From NCBI GenBank assembly GCA_036172245.1, contig JAYWIR010000034.1, positions 930,001-994,000 of the forward strand: a stretch of DNA of 64,000 bases, in the 5' to 3' direction. The notes beneath the pieces were generated by a model that saw nothing but the letters and a program-made list of their open reading frames with translations, ran no database searches and was not told where the DNA came from. The DNA comes from Raillietiella orientalis (Eukaryota). The position numbers and the translations under genes are program-made. Shown piece by piece: positions 12,531 through 25,100 of the stretch (positions are counted from its first letter, which is position 1; every line of letters begins with the position of its first letter).

Positions 12531-13689
12531 TTGAACTATTCCTGCAGCGAGAGGGAAGAATTGAAGACACCTACGCCCTCCCCATGAAACGAATGGGCCT
12601 CATTAGCGGATGTTCATCCGCTTCTGCAATGGGGGACTGTCAGGCGCGCACAGCTCGCTGTGGTCGTCGATTGCTGTTCGCGGGTAGTCATGGTTTCTTG
12701 CTTCTCGTCCGAGACGCTTGATGCTTTCCCAACCTCGTCGTTTTCTTCCAAAGTCCGGATCGCTCTGAGAAGGGTAGCAGGAAGCTGCCTGCTGTGACAT
12801 CGTGCTGAGAGCTGCACAGAGGGGCGTGCAGACAGGTGTGTTCCTTTTTCGTTTCCTGGAGCCGTGGAGACCGTTTTGGGCCTCTCTAGCTCAGTCTCGA
12901 TGGCGATCTGACGTTAAGGGAACGTCATTTCCTTTAGACAGCCTCCCTCCGACCATCTATCCTTGATCCCCCTCCCCACGCGAGTTTTGCTGCTCCAGGG
13001 ACCACAGCTGCTTCCTAAGCAGCGAACTCTGCTCGCTCTACGTGTTCTGCTGGGATGTTGGGTACGGGCCGGGAGAAAACGCTCCACTGACCCAAATTTC
13101 CCCTTCTCATTGGACCTCCGTGGTTTGCGGGATTTGACTCTCTCGCTCCCCTCCTTCCTTTTGAGAGGGAAGAAAGTCTTTCCTGTTGAGGTAGCCATTC
13201 TAGACCTTCACCAACCATCAGTCCATCCTTAGTCGGGTACGCCGGGCCTTTCTTTCCAAAGAAAAAAAAGGAAGCAAACAGACCACGTGGATCAGTAAGT
13301 CTACTGGTCCATGAAAGATTCAATAAAGGAAAAAAAGAGGAAACCTCTCGGTCCAGCAGCACAGAAGGGCAGGTAGGACAATGGGACAATGAATGAGCAA
13401 ATGAGAAGAAAGGAAGAGACAAAGACCACCGGTCACATCATTGCGTCTGTGTGCGGTACTGAAGACTCGGGCGGCGTCCACATCCTTCACTCTGGCATCC
13501 TTCACAGGCCGTTCCTTTGCGTTTCTCATCGCTGCGGAGGTGAGGCTCGCGATCCTTCTTCCCTCCTGGGCCCGTCTCGACGTTTCAGGACGCCATGATC
13601 CTACTGGCTCAACGGGATCGAGAGACTGTGGAAACAGGCGAAAGCCCGTTTCGCGTGAAGCAGCTCCGCAGCGGCTCTTCCGAGGTGCC

Positions 13690-15800
13690 TACGGTTCAAA
13701 TCGGAGCAGCCGCGAGGCGCTTCCTCAAGCTCCGCTGGAGATCACCGCATCCCAGCAGCAAGCGAGCGGAAGTTTCCACCTTCCCGCAGCCGCCGCAGTT
13801 CGGAGGGAAACCGCTCCCCCTCGTCCGGAGATGGCGCCTCTGGTCGCGCTGCAAGCGCCAGCGTACGAACAGCAACACCTCCTCGTGCTGCTATATGAGG
13901 GGAAGCACGGAGCTTTCTGGATGGCGGGGAAGAGTCACAATCTCCAACGGCGAAGTGCCCAGGTACCCCGTCCAACGGAGCAGACCTTCAGGACACGCTC
14001 AGGGCGTCGCCGCGTCAGCCAGCTAGCCCGTTTTCCACGGCTTCATCAATTTCGTGGCTCCTCCAGCACGAGGTCACCACTCTGCCGGTTGGCAGCTGTC
14101 GTTTCTCTCCCGTAGCTAGGACAGCGCTGAGGCTAGGGTATGACAGTGGCTTAAACCCGTTCCTTCCCGTCCCTTTCCACTTCCTCCAGGGAGATTGCTC
14201 ACAGGTTGTGAACGGGACGGGACGTATCACGGAGTGGAGTCTGAGCCTGTGGTGAGCATTTATCCATGTCCGTCGTCGACTCCTGACGCCAAGCGTTGTA
14301 ACTTGCAAAGAGACTGGAGATCCTCTGCTTTCCTTTCCATAGGAAAGAGATGGGACCCAGTAAGAATACAAGGGCCTTTAAGCGGTCTCGGTTGCAAGGT
14401 AGCAACGACGCCATCCCGTCGCGACTAGCCGGCACGTCTCACGATTTCGCGCACAGGCAGGCATCAATGCTGCATCCTGATCTGAACCATCAAGGCCATC
14501 AACATAAACTGCAGCTGTGACTCCATCTTCTTTAACATCCGATACCGAGTGTCCAGAACCCCTTTCTGGCTCAAGCAGATCTTTGAGGAGAACTTTTGAC
14601 CTTGAGGTACCCACCTTAGACCTTCAGTGCTTTCCAAAGGAGACCGTCGGTCCTTTCCTGCCGACCTTCTGTCGCATCACCTCCTGCAGCGGAACGGAAA
14701 CCGACAACAATGGGTTGGAGAAGGGAGAAATGAAAGTTTCCCAAGCAGACCCATTGCGATGAGGGAAATGGGCCATCTTGGGACGGATCCAGAGCCATTT
14801 CTGCCTTCTGGGGATGACCAAACCAAACCTCTGCAGGAAAGAAGTCTCCTAAGGACACACCGTGGTGTTGCCCAGGACGATCCCCAAGCGGATACAGCCC
14901 GGCTGTCTTGCCCACGCGGCATCCACAGAAACGACCTTCGATGTCATGCTCTTCGCTCTCGTTCGCACGCCCCGCTGTAGTAACTCGGAGAATTCCTCGG
15001 GCGACACCGTAGGGATCGACATGGGGAGAAGGAAAGGAAGATCGTGGATGTATCAGGGCTGAAGGACGGCAGGGTCACCAGGGCTTTTCGTGTGTGCGTT
15101 CTGCGCCAACTCGAAGATGATGAACAGGAGAGGGTGCAAGCGACAAGAGCGCATCGCGATCATGCGAGCGCAAGTAGAACAAAAGAGTTTGCGGGGGACC
15201 AAAGCATTCCAGGAGCTCCAGAGAGAGTTTCCTGCTTCATTCGGTCGAGCGCCTTTCCGAGATGGACTGCGATCATCCAGGCCCCAGGCGCTTCCACTCT
15301 TTCTGGTCCGTCGGTCTGGTACCTCTTTGGGTTCTTCTATCTAGCGTTTCGGCACTCGGCCGCGACCCTCTTCTGCAGACGAAACCAGGTCAGCACAAAG
15401 AACAGGTTGCTTTCCATGCTCCTGCCAGGGACAGCATAGCACTGCATCGGGAGCTGATGACGGGTTTGCAGCCCGCCCCAGGCAATGGCCCTCCGCGTCG
15501 AGAGCAGCTTCACGTTCGAGTTCACTGAGGTGGTCGGACGCCTGTTGGTCGTGAGTTTCCTGCTTTCGGGAGGAGACGGGATTCTCGAGGATGACCGGAA
15601 GGAGGCAGGCAGGCACCTCTCCCCTCTCCCGACGCTCCCGAAATTAGCACGGTCAGCCTCTGCACCGGGGAACAACCTGTGGCGAAAACTGGAACCATTC
15701 CGCCGGAATTTCACCCTCTCCCGGAGCGCCACGCTTTCCTAGTTTCCCAACGGCATCGTCGTCGATCCCCGCCATCCAAAAAGGAGTCCTCTCCAAGCGC
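13690..15800 (-). mobile_element. Decayed L1/Tx1-type reverse transcriptase remnant spanning the right-arm end and the spacer
   Basis: Frameshifted RT motifs in order: KRGAPGEGEIPAEWF (cf. KAPGPDGxPxEFY), RPTTSVNSNVKLL (cf. RPISLLNxDYKIL), QCYAVPGRSMESNL (cf. QxGFVPGRSIxDN), IAVHLGKALDRM (cf. DxxKAFDRV), HPLLFII, IRLGIVLG. A zinc knuckle CGGCGKVETSARLLLGC follows at 13696..13878. Confidence 0.7.
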
Positions 15801-15954
15801 AACTCCTCGGGGCGGGTCCTCTTATGACCACTCGGCGAGGACTCTAGGTGGGAACCCGTCTGATTCTCTTCCCTGGACCCCGACCGAATTTTTTCCCTCC
15901 CCTTCCATCCCACCAAAAAGGAAACACTCTGCCCTTTTCTGTCTCCCGTTCCTT

Positions 15955-15960
15955 TTTATT
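15955..15960 (-). promoter_or_regulatory. Candidate polyadenylation signal of the - strand MFSD4-like copy
   Basis: Mirror of 11508-11513 (TTTATT on +). Confidence 0.5.
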
Positions 15961-16126
15961 GGCTCTGACCGAGTCCCGAACCTGGAAGACCGAATGGCAC
16001 CTCACATGAAAGACCTTGGAAAGACACGTTGCTTGGGACTGACCCGCTGAAAGGACGAGCGGGAAGAAGGGAGGGGGTGAAGAGGGAAGGGAGAGGGAGT
16101 AGGCAGCATTCCGGGGCATGGTGCGC

Positions 16127-19100
16127 TCAGCATCGCTCTTCCTCCTGCTTCTGGAACGAGCCTGCTCTCTCGACCTCTTCGGGTCTCGGAAGGTCGCCGG
16201 CTCCCTCGCGCGACACCATTCTGGAGTAGTATCTGACCTCCCTCCTGGAAGGGACCGCGCCCCCGCCTTCAGCAGCATCCTTCCTCCCTCGCATCCTGTC
16301 GCGCAGGCGGACGCACTTGTCCTCGATCGCCGCCCAGACTCCTGGAATACGGGGAAAGGAAGTAGGGAGGCGGCCTTTAGCAGGAAGGGGAGAAGGGCGT
16401 GCGCGGTGCGACCTGTGCGGCGGGTCAGCCTGGCTGAGATGCTGCTCAGGACGAAGTACAGGAGCAAGGAAGCGGCGATCAACCCCAGGCAGTTGGACAG
16501 CAGGATGCGAGCTCCGTAGCCGCTGATCTCCTTCGGGAGGAGGAGAAGGACGCGACGGAGGAGCATTTCCGGGAACGGCTCGGGAGGCGGAACTCACGTA
16601 TCCAATGACGACGGGGAGCAGGATCTCTCCGAGGGCCGCTGCCGTGACGACCATGGAGATGCGGGCGGCTGTGAGCTGCGGACTCCCGAGAGGGGGGAGG
16701 CAAGGAACATCCCGACCGCTTACCGGTCATCCTGACGAAGCTCTTGGCCAGGGAGATGGCCGTCGGGTAGACATTGCTCATAGAGAGCCCGAGGAGGCAG
16801 GTGCCCGCGAACAGGGCAGCATATTCCTCGGGGTCGAAGACCATGACCATCAGGGAGGCGAAGCAGGAGTACTGAGGGAGGGAAGGAAAAATGCCAGCGA
16901 TCGCGGACGTGTGCGGCGGCGGCGGGAGCGGATCATTTCATGAACCATGCCCTCCCCCCTTTCTTCCTTTCTTCCTCCTCCTCCACCCCCACATCCCTCA
17001 CGCCGGTAGCAATGCCTCCGGAAGACCGTCCGTAGGGGAGGAGGGCGCTCTTTTTTTTTCCGGGACGAGAAAGCACCACTCCTCCCGGGGGAAGGCCGGC
17101 TCGCAGGAGATGGCGTCCAGGAGGAGGAGGAAACGGAGGAAGGCAGGAAGGGAGGAGGGGGGATAAAGAAGGGTGGAAAGGGGCACGCACCCTCCTTCCC
17201 ACAGCCAGGCGGGGCCGCCAGTGGCATGCCCGGTTTGCCAGGTCGCGGGGCAAAAAGGGAGCGCTTGCTGCGGGGTCTTCGCGGAGTCCCGGAGCGAAAT
17301 TCCCGGCAGCGCGGCTGCAGAAGCTGACGGCGTTCGATTGCATCCCCGCATCCTCCCCTCCCTTTCTTCCCTCCCTGCCCCTGGTCGGGTTCATCGCATG
17401 GATCTTCCCTGGGTGTGCGCCGCGCTCGGCTGGCTGACCGTTCGCCAACCGCTCGGATCTCCGAGAGCGGATGAAGACGCCGTTGCCGGTCGCCTCGCAA
17501 CCACTTACTATGCTGCACAAGAGCATGGAGGAAGGTGCGAACTTGATGGACAGGCCGATGGAAAGGAACCTCCCTGCGGCGATGGCGCCCCAGAAGGTGG
17601 CGTTCAGCAGGACCGCGTGCCTCTTTGACAACTGCAGGTGGGACTTGATGGCGTAGGTGTAGATGAAGCTGGAGAACACCGACTGGAAGGGCACCCAAGG
17701 AAGTGACGGGGGAAGCGCTCGCGGTGCTCAGTGGTGCACCTCCAGTCCCTCATAGAGGAAGATAACCCCTGCTACGGCGAACAGGACCGTGTAGACTTGA
17801 CCGGAGGTCAACAGAGATTCGTAGCTTCCTTCCACGGAGGCGGCGGCGGCGCTTCCCTGGAAAAAAGGAAACAGAGAGTCGCCGGTCAGGAAGCAGGCAG
17901 GAAGCAGCGAGGAGGAAGAGTCTCGGAAAAGGGGCTCGCTTTCCTCTTCCTTTCCCTTCCTTTCCAGGTTGCCGCGGAGACGGATGGTCTCTCCTTCCGC
18001 GAGTCGCAAGTCGAGCACCAGGTCCCTCGGCTCTCCCGAGGGAACTCGCGCCTCAGCTGATGGAGGGCTCCTCCCCGTGACGGAGCTTCGGATGCTGGAC
18101 ACTGGGTTCGGAAGGAGCGGAGCGGGAGCAGGTCCAGAAGAGAAGTGCGGATGAGGAAGGCGATGAGCGAGGCAGGGAGGGGGATGGCGGAAGCTCACAG
18201 CCTCGCTCCTCGTCTCTCGGACGGCTAGCGTGCGCCTCCGCGATGATGTGCGCCCGCGCTACTCGGCGCCCTCCCCCTCGTCCCGTGCCAGCACCCGCAC
18301 GTACCGTTGCGAAGCAGATTACTTCTCGCTCTTCGCCCTAATCTCCACCTGCCAACGGGTAGGATCGGTCGACACGCCGTGGGCATTTGCGCCACGTCCT
18401 CGTAACCTACGAGGAAGGCGTGCGCGAGCTCCACAGCTGCGCCCGCCGCGCCCGCGAGTCCGTCCAGGGACGGGCGCGAGCGGTCGGCCCACGCGCTCTG
18501 CACCTCTTCCTGCGGGCCGTTCCCCCAGCTCGGGACAGGGGGACGGTCACTCCTAGGGAGGAGTCCTCCTTGCCGGAGGGCACGTGCGACGAGATGGATG
18601 GACGGACAACGCTTCGGAAACGCCAGAGTAGGACGCGAACCCTCCCGGGACTACCCCGAGGGTTCGAAGGAAGGGCAGCAACGAGCATCGCTCCCCCCAA
18701 GACATCCTCGACAGGAAGTGGATCTCCCCCGAATCTCCCGAGCGGGAGAGGTTGCCGCTGTAGCTATGGGAAGCGCGTTGCGCCCTGCGCATGCTCGAAG
18801 ACCCGAGAGCGGATCTTCCCATCCGAGAGGGGGGAGGGAGGGGGGGCGCGCCCATGCGGTGACCGTTTGCCTCCTGCACCGCTTCGCTCCAACGTATTCT
18901 TCGCCCGCAAGACGACCTGCTCGGCCTCCGCCTTTCCGGCAACAAGGGCAGGGGAAAGCGGTTCACCTTATCCTGCATCCTGCGCAGGCGGCGCCGCCCC
19001 GGCTGCTCGAGCAGCGGCGGGCGGAAAGGGATCTCCCAGGATCTCCTGCCCCTCGTGCCTCCGCGTGCTCCCTCGCATCTACGGAGGGAATCTGGTGGCG

Positions 19101-22100
19101 CGCGCCAACTCTGCCGCCACCTGCCTGCTCGCGCTGGAGGCCGTGCGGCTGCGGTCTCTGCGCGTCGCGGGTTCGAATCCCCGCGCGGAGGGTCGACGTA
19201 GAGAGAATGGGGGGTTTCGGTTCTCCTCCCCCCCGTGTGGTGGGAGCTGGTTGGCTTATTGGGGGCGACGGCAACGGTGAAAGCTGGACACTTTTGTGGA
19301 ATGGCCGGGATGGGAAGTCGACCCTCCGGGGTCCTTCCAGGAACCAAGGAGCCGGTTCCCTTCGGGATTCCCTTCGGCCCTGCGGAGACAACGAGGCAGG
19401 CAGGAATCCCTCCTGGGTTCTCTCCCAACGAGTGAGTGACTCCCACCTCCGGAGCCGTCCTGGATTCGTAGGGAGGGACCCTCTCTGGGTACCCCCTTAA
19501 CTTGAAGACGTAACACGAGCCCTCGGGCAGCGTTAACAACCTTCTTGCCTCCTCCCCCTAAGAAGGCCAACGGTTATTCAGAACTGGGCGAGCCACCTTG
19601 CCCCCACCTACAAGTGCTCGGGAGCAGATCCACGGGCCCCAGGGACCTTCTCCACGACATGCCTTCCTCCCTCCTTCACCCTTTCCCTCCCTCAACGGGA
19701 TCCTCTTCGCAGGCGGCACGCACGGGAGCTCGCGGGCGCGGAGCGGCGCGTCTCTCTGACCGCAAGCTCCCTCCTCGGGTTCGCAGGGGAGAGAGATGCT
19801 GCTCCGGACGCGGACGCGCCGACACGAGAAATCTCCCCGGTGCAGAGATGCGAATTTCCTGCCCCACGAATCTGCACATCTTCGTCGCATGCCGATTCGC
19901 CTGACCCCGCCGATAGCGGACCGACTTCGGCAGAAGCAGCTAGGATGCATGCTCGTCGGTCCCAGAACACTCTGGGGCGCGCCCGTGGGAAGTGCGCCCC
20001 TTCGCTCCTACCAGCCTGGCGCACGAACCGTGTTTCCGGGGGAGTTGTCTCCCCAAACTGTAAGCGGTACGGGGAAGTGGAAACGCTCCCTCACCTGCTC
20101 CTGGACTGCGGTGTCCTCCTAGGACTGTGGCGGAGGCTGGCCTCAGCTCTCCTGCACCAGGGGGACACCGCGAGAGACTTGATGCGCCGCTTCTTCACGC
20201 CAGGCGGCCTGTCTTTGGGTGCTGTCGTTGCAACCGTGTGTTGCACCCGCGCCATCGACAAGGCCCACCGAGAGTTGGAGAAGCTGGCCATCCTTCGTCA
20301 GCCTACCGGATTAGCCGGCGCAAGCATGTCGTCGGCTGCCGAGTGGGCCCATCTACCAGAGGGCGTGAGGAGAGAGATCGCCGGCATCCATCGCCGGTTC
20401 TGAAAGGAAGGAACGGCCGAACCAAAGACCCCTGTCCCCTGCCCACCATATTTTTATTTTATTTTTATACTAGTGTATTTGTGGTCACCTCCTCCCGTTT
20501 CGGACTTTCGGTATACCGACCTGCGTGTCGGGGATCCAACCCCTTCGTCTCTTCTGTATCCTTTGTCCGAGAACTCTGTTCCCGGATAGTTTTGTAATAA
20601 ACGCCCCGGCGCACCCGGGTGATAACCAGCCTGGCGCAATGCCGCTCGTCCCATTCGCGGCCGCAGGGAGGTGCGCGCGGCCGGGTCGAAGATGCGTTCG
20701 TGGCACTTGAAGCGCACTCGCAGGCGCAGGCGCTCCGCATCGTGTCTGGCACACCCAACCCCACCCCCATCACGCGTGGCGTGCTCCCTTTCTCCCTTTG
20801 AACGAGGAGAACCGAACTCACCTCCTCCAGAGAAATCGCCTTCTTCGTGTCCTCTTCCTCGGACTGCTCCCTTGCGGAGATGCGCAGCCTCCTCAGCAAG
20901 AGGAACACCATTCCCACGACAGGAAGCTGCAGAGAGGGAACGTTAGACGGGGAAAGCAGGACAGCATTAGAGACCGGGAAGCGCGCGCCATGCACGTCCG
21001 GTGACGAGCCGCCCGCTCCTTCCGCAACCGAATGCAACGCTGACCTGAAGACGGGGACCTCCGCCGATCGGAAGGCGGAACGGGAGCGCGACCCGGGGTG
21101 AACTTTTTCTTCGCCCCGGGTGGTCGCAGTCCGAGCAGCGAAAACCTGCCTTCTATTCTACACCTGACTCCATCCTTCCCATAGAAGCGCCTCGGATGGG
21201 CAAGCCTTCCTCCTCGTTGTGCTCCATTCAGGGACCGCTCGTGCCCGGTCTCCGTTCCCCCACCACTCCTCCCTTTCCCTCCGATCCGCGGAAATGGTCC
21301 AAGCTGGCCCGAGCTCCCCCCAGCCATGCGACCGCCTACCCATCCCCGAGCGTCGATCGACTGTCGGTCACGTCTTCCCTATTAGGCATGACAGTTTTAT
21401 CCTTTCATGCATCTTGCGAACCATCAGATTCTTTGAAAAGTCTACTGCCTGCCGGTCACGCGCGGCGCCTAATCGGACATGCGGAGGGCGGCAGCAGATA
21501 GGCCGGACGTCTGCCCCCCTTCGAAGATCGCAGACTTTGACTTCGGTACTGCACCGCAAGGCTGCCAAGGTCTCTGCTCTCCAAGGATGCACGTCAAGGT
21601 CGCGTGCGCGCGGAATCCACTGGCGCCCGCGCACTCGCTCCACACGCCGAAGCCTTCCATTCGTCTGAAAATTCGTACCTCTCTCCTCCCGCACCCCACT
21701 CCCCTCCCCCTGCTGAGCTGGCGACTTCCCGTTTACCCACCGACGTGCTCGACCGAACGTGGGTTGTTGCAGCGACGCGTGCCGACTCCTGTAGTTGCCT
21801 CTTGCCGACCCGTCGTATGGCTTCGGGCGGGGATTTCCCTGTCTGCCAGCGTGGCGAACGCAGCGATCCGCGCACCAACGACTGCTGCCGCTCTTCCGAA
21901 TTCAAGTGACCGCTGGGTCCGCGGTGGTCACCGCCACGTTGCGGTCGCACTCGTCCGTGCTGCCCGAGTTGAGACGCGGAGAAAGTGCTCTTTCGAACGT
22001 CGCTCGCTCGAACGGGTGAGCTGCGCCTGTTCCGAAAAGCCACCTTCGTCGTTTCAGGGGCGTCACGGGTAGCGATGTTACGAGCTCGAACTGCGAAGGG

Positions 22101-25100
22101 ATGCCAAGAGAAGAAAAGAGGCCTGCGGGGTGATTTCGGTGCCTGCAGAACACCCCCGCAGTGTCTAGAAAGGAAAGAATGGAAGCGCCCTACACTCCCC
22201 AACGGGCATCCCGAAGGTGCGCAAAAGACGTCTTCGAAAAGAGTGAGGACATTTCACCTTGAGGAGAAGCGCAAACGGAAAGCAAACGACCCTTTCCTTT
22301 TTTGGAACAGAGCGCGATGTTTGCTGCCTCCTGCGCAGCAACGCGAAACGAAGATTTCTCGCTTTTCAGATACGCCGGCATCGGAATTCGCGAGCAGTCT
22401 TTCTGTGCTGATGTCCGTGCTGCATGACGCCGACGCAAAAGTTTATCTTCCCTGGAGAGAGGGTCGCAGAATCAAATCCCGTTGCTGCTTCCTCAATTTT
22501 GTCCAGAGCAACAAGCGCACTGGCAAAGGGATCGGACTTTTTGCTTCTTTGTTTCTTCCTTTTTCCCGCATTTGTCTAGGATCCACATTTCCTGCCTTCA
22601 GGCATTTTCATACGACTCCCACTGTTGGAAAAAGCACGCTGGTTCCATCATGATCGACAAAGAAAGTCTAACGATCACAAACAGGCAAGAGAGTCGTGTG
22701 TTCTGTCTTGTTCCAGGCGAAGAGTGGATATTTTTCCGTTCGTTTTCCTGATGGAGATGCCAGAGAATTAGCGAGCGCCGCGGGGTCGGGTGAATTTAGA
22801 AACATTTTATCAGTTTAGCGCATTCTTCCTGCAAAACGCTTGCCCATTTGCAGGGATCGAAGGTGCCGATTGTGGAGCGTAGACATCGCGTCGGCACTCT
22901 CCGTGCATACAGAAGGGCACTTATCGAGCAACGCTGTACAAGAAAGGATTGCAATAGGTCAGGATGCATGGCATGCATCGGATCCTTGAACCCTGCACAA
23001 TGTTTCGTCGGATCCATTCTGTTTTTTCCCCCCACATCGTCGATTGCACCAAGAATTGCGCAAGCAGTGCATGCAGCCCGGTCTTCCACTTGCACGAGAC
23101 AATCCGACAGACACGGATTCATGTGAGCGCTAGGCACGGATGCGTTGCCGTCCCCGTCTTCCCTACAGCAGAATTCAGGTGGGAACGAATACCCCATTCG
23201 CGGACCACATTCCCTTCCGTCACCTTCTTTGCCTAGCGAGCTAGTGAGGAAAGCAAGGCATTGCGGACCGACCGCGAAACTCCTGCCTTGGTGGGCTCCG
23301 TTCTGCCCACGGCGAGTCCGCGTTCGACGCCAAACCACCCTCGAATCCCCCACGTGCTCTCGCGGTTTGGGCATCAACCACTGCTGACCACTGAATATCC
23401 CAGCGGTTGCCGACTGCGGCTGCTGCGTGCTTTCAGCGCTCCCTCGCTTCGTTCGTTGTCTGCGGAAACGGAGCGCTTTCGGTAGGCGCCCCTGGAACGG
23501 ATCTGCCTCGGCCGTCTGCCTCCCGAGGACAAATCCGGAAAGCGGCCTTGCAGCTTGCAGGATAAAATGAGGACAATCTCCAACGTGGACCACCACCCGG
23601 CACCGCCGACGCCCCGCTCGCATTTCCTAGAACTCCAAGTCGGTAGGTAGGCTGAGAAAACAGGAGAGCCATTTATTTGGCTGTCTGCTTGGGCGCAAAG
23701 GAAAAGTCGATGGTGGAAAGGAACTATTCTGCAGCGCAACTTCTCGCCTTCGGAAATGCGATACGAACAGGATGTCCCAAGATGCGGACTGGAGTAAGAG
23801 GAGCCCAAGATAACCGAAAAACTCGCGGATGCCAACCGCTCGTTCTCCACTTCCTCTTGCAAGTGCGAAATGAGCCTCTGGGCTATCACGGGCGAAGGCT
23901 TTTTGGCTACCGGCTTGAATTCGGGAGTTTCGAATGTGGGGGGGGATATCGTTGGAAGAATTGGGAAGCAATCAGCTAATGAAGGCAAACGTTACGAGAT
24001 GGTTCCCGCAACCGAACAGGAACTGGGTGAGTAGTCGCTTTTAAGAAACGTGCCACTCCCGACACCCCGTCTATCTGAAGGGGAGGGGAAGCCTGTGGTC
24101 TCGAGCGTGAGTATATAAGTTTCACCTGCCAAATGTACCACCGATTGGGCGTCACCCATCCGTGAGGGGGGGTGGGGGGAAATCCTGTATTTGCGTATTT
24201 TGTGCGATTGTGCGTAGGGAACAAGCTGAAAAAGCGCGAAGCACGTAATGCACAATGACCTCACGTGCGAGTTTTCCCAAGTAACCGGGCTCCCCGAATC
24301 TCTGCACCGTCACCACGGTTTCGCACTTCGCAGATCAGAACAGGTGGGCTTCGCTGACCCCCATCGCGAAAACACCATGCACGAAAATGTTTGCAAGCAC
24401 TCGCACCGTAAACAGGACAAGGATGGACGTTGCATTTTAGGGGATTGGAAAAACATGCGGTGATCGGAATGCGCCCATACAGTGAAAAGACTTCCACGTG
24501 CAAGCAAAGGCCCACCCTGAAGGAAAGACTTGCTATTTTCTGTGTCACCTAGGAAACGCAACCAGCGACACGCAGTTCCACGCAGCCTGGCGATTCCAGT
24601 GCCTTAGCAACCGTGACAAAGTGAGAATCCGATGATCTGAACGTACCGTCTCGACTGAAACGCACAGATGCACGGAGTTTCCTCTCGTGCGAAAGATGGG
24701 CGATCGAAAGAGCGCACCGGAATGCGAGATGTCGAAAGTCTCGAAAGAGTGTGGCCTTTTCTGTTCCTCTCAAGGTTGGATGCTACGGACGAAACGCCGA
24801 CAGATCTCGTGTTTCGACAACCAAGGAGTACTGGCAAGCCTGCTCGTGCTACGCGATACGAAAACGCATTCGAAAAAACGAAACAAAGTGAAATACGCGG
24901 CAGAGAGGGAGCGGACGTGCATGTTGAGTGCAAGACAGAGCAAGGAAGAAGTGAGCTTTACACGCGCGAGGACACTGCGACAAAAGTGGCGATTCCCGTG
25001 CCCAGGAGCCGAGGAAGGAAATGCCAAGCATCCTCGCTTTCCGCTCGCACGAAGACTGCCCGCCCGAAGCACTTTAGCAGACGAGGGAGATTTTTGCATT

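Noticed and set aside
12531..14939. Spacer as the core of a giant TIR transposon (arms as terminal repeats)
   Set aside because: The arms consist of host gene exons and introns. The spacer holds only the continuation of a decayed LINE, with no transposase, integrase or polymerase.
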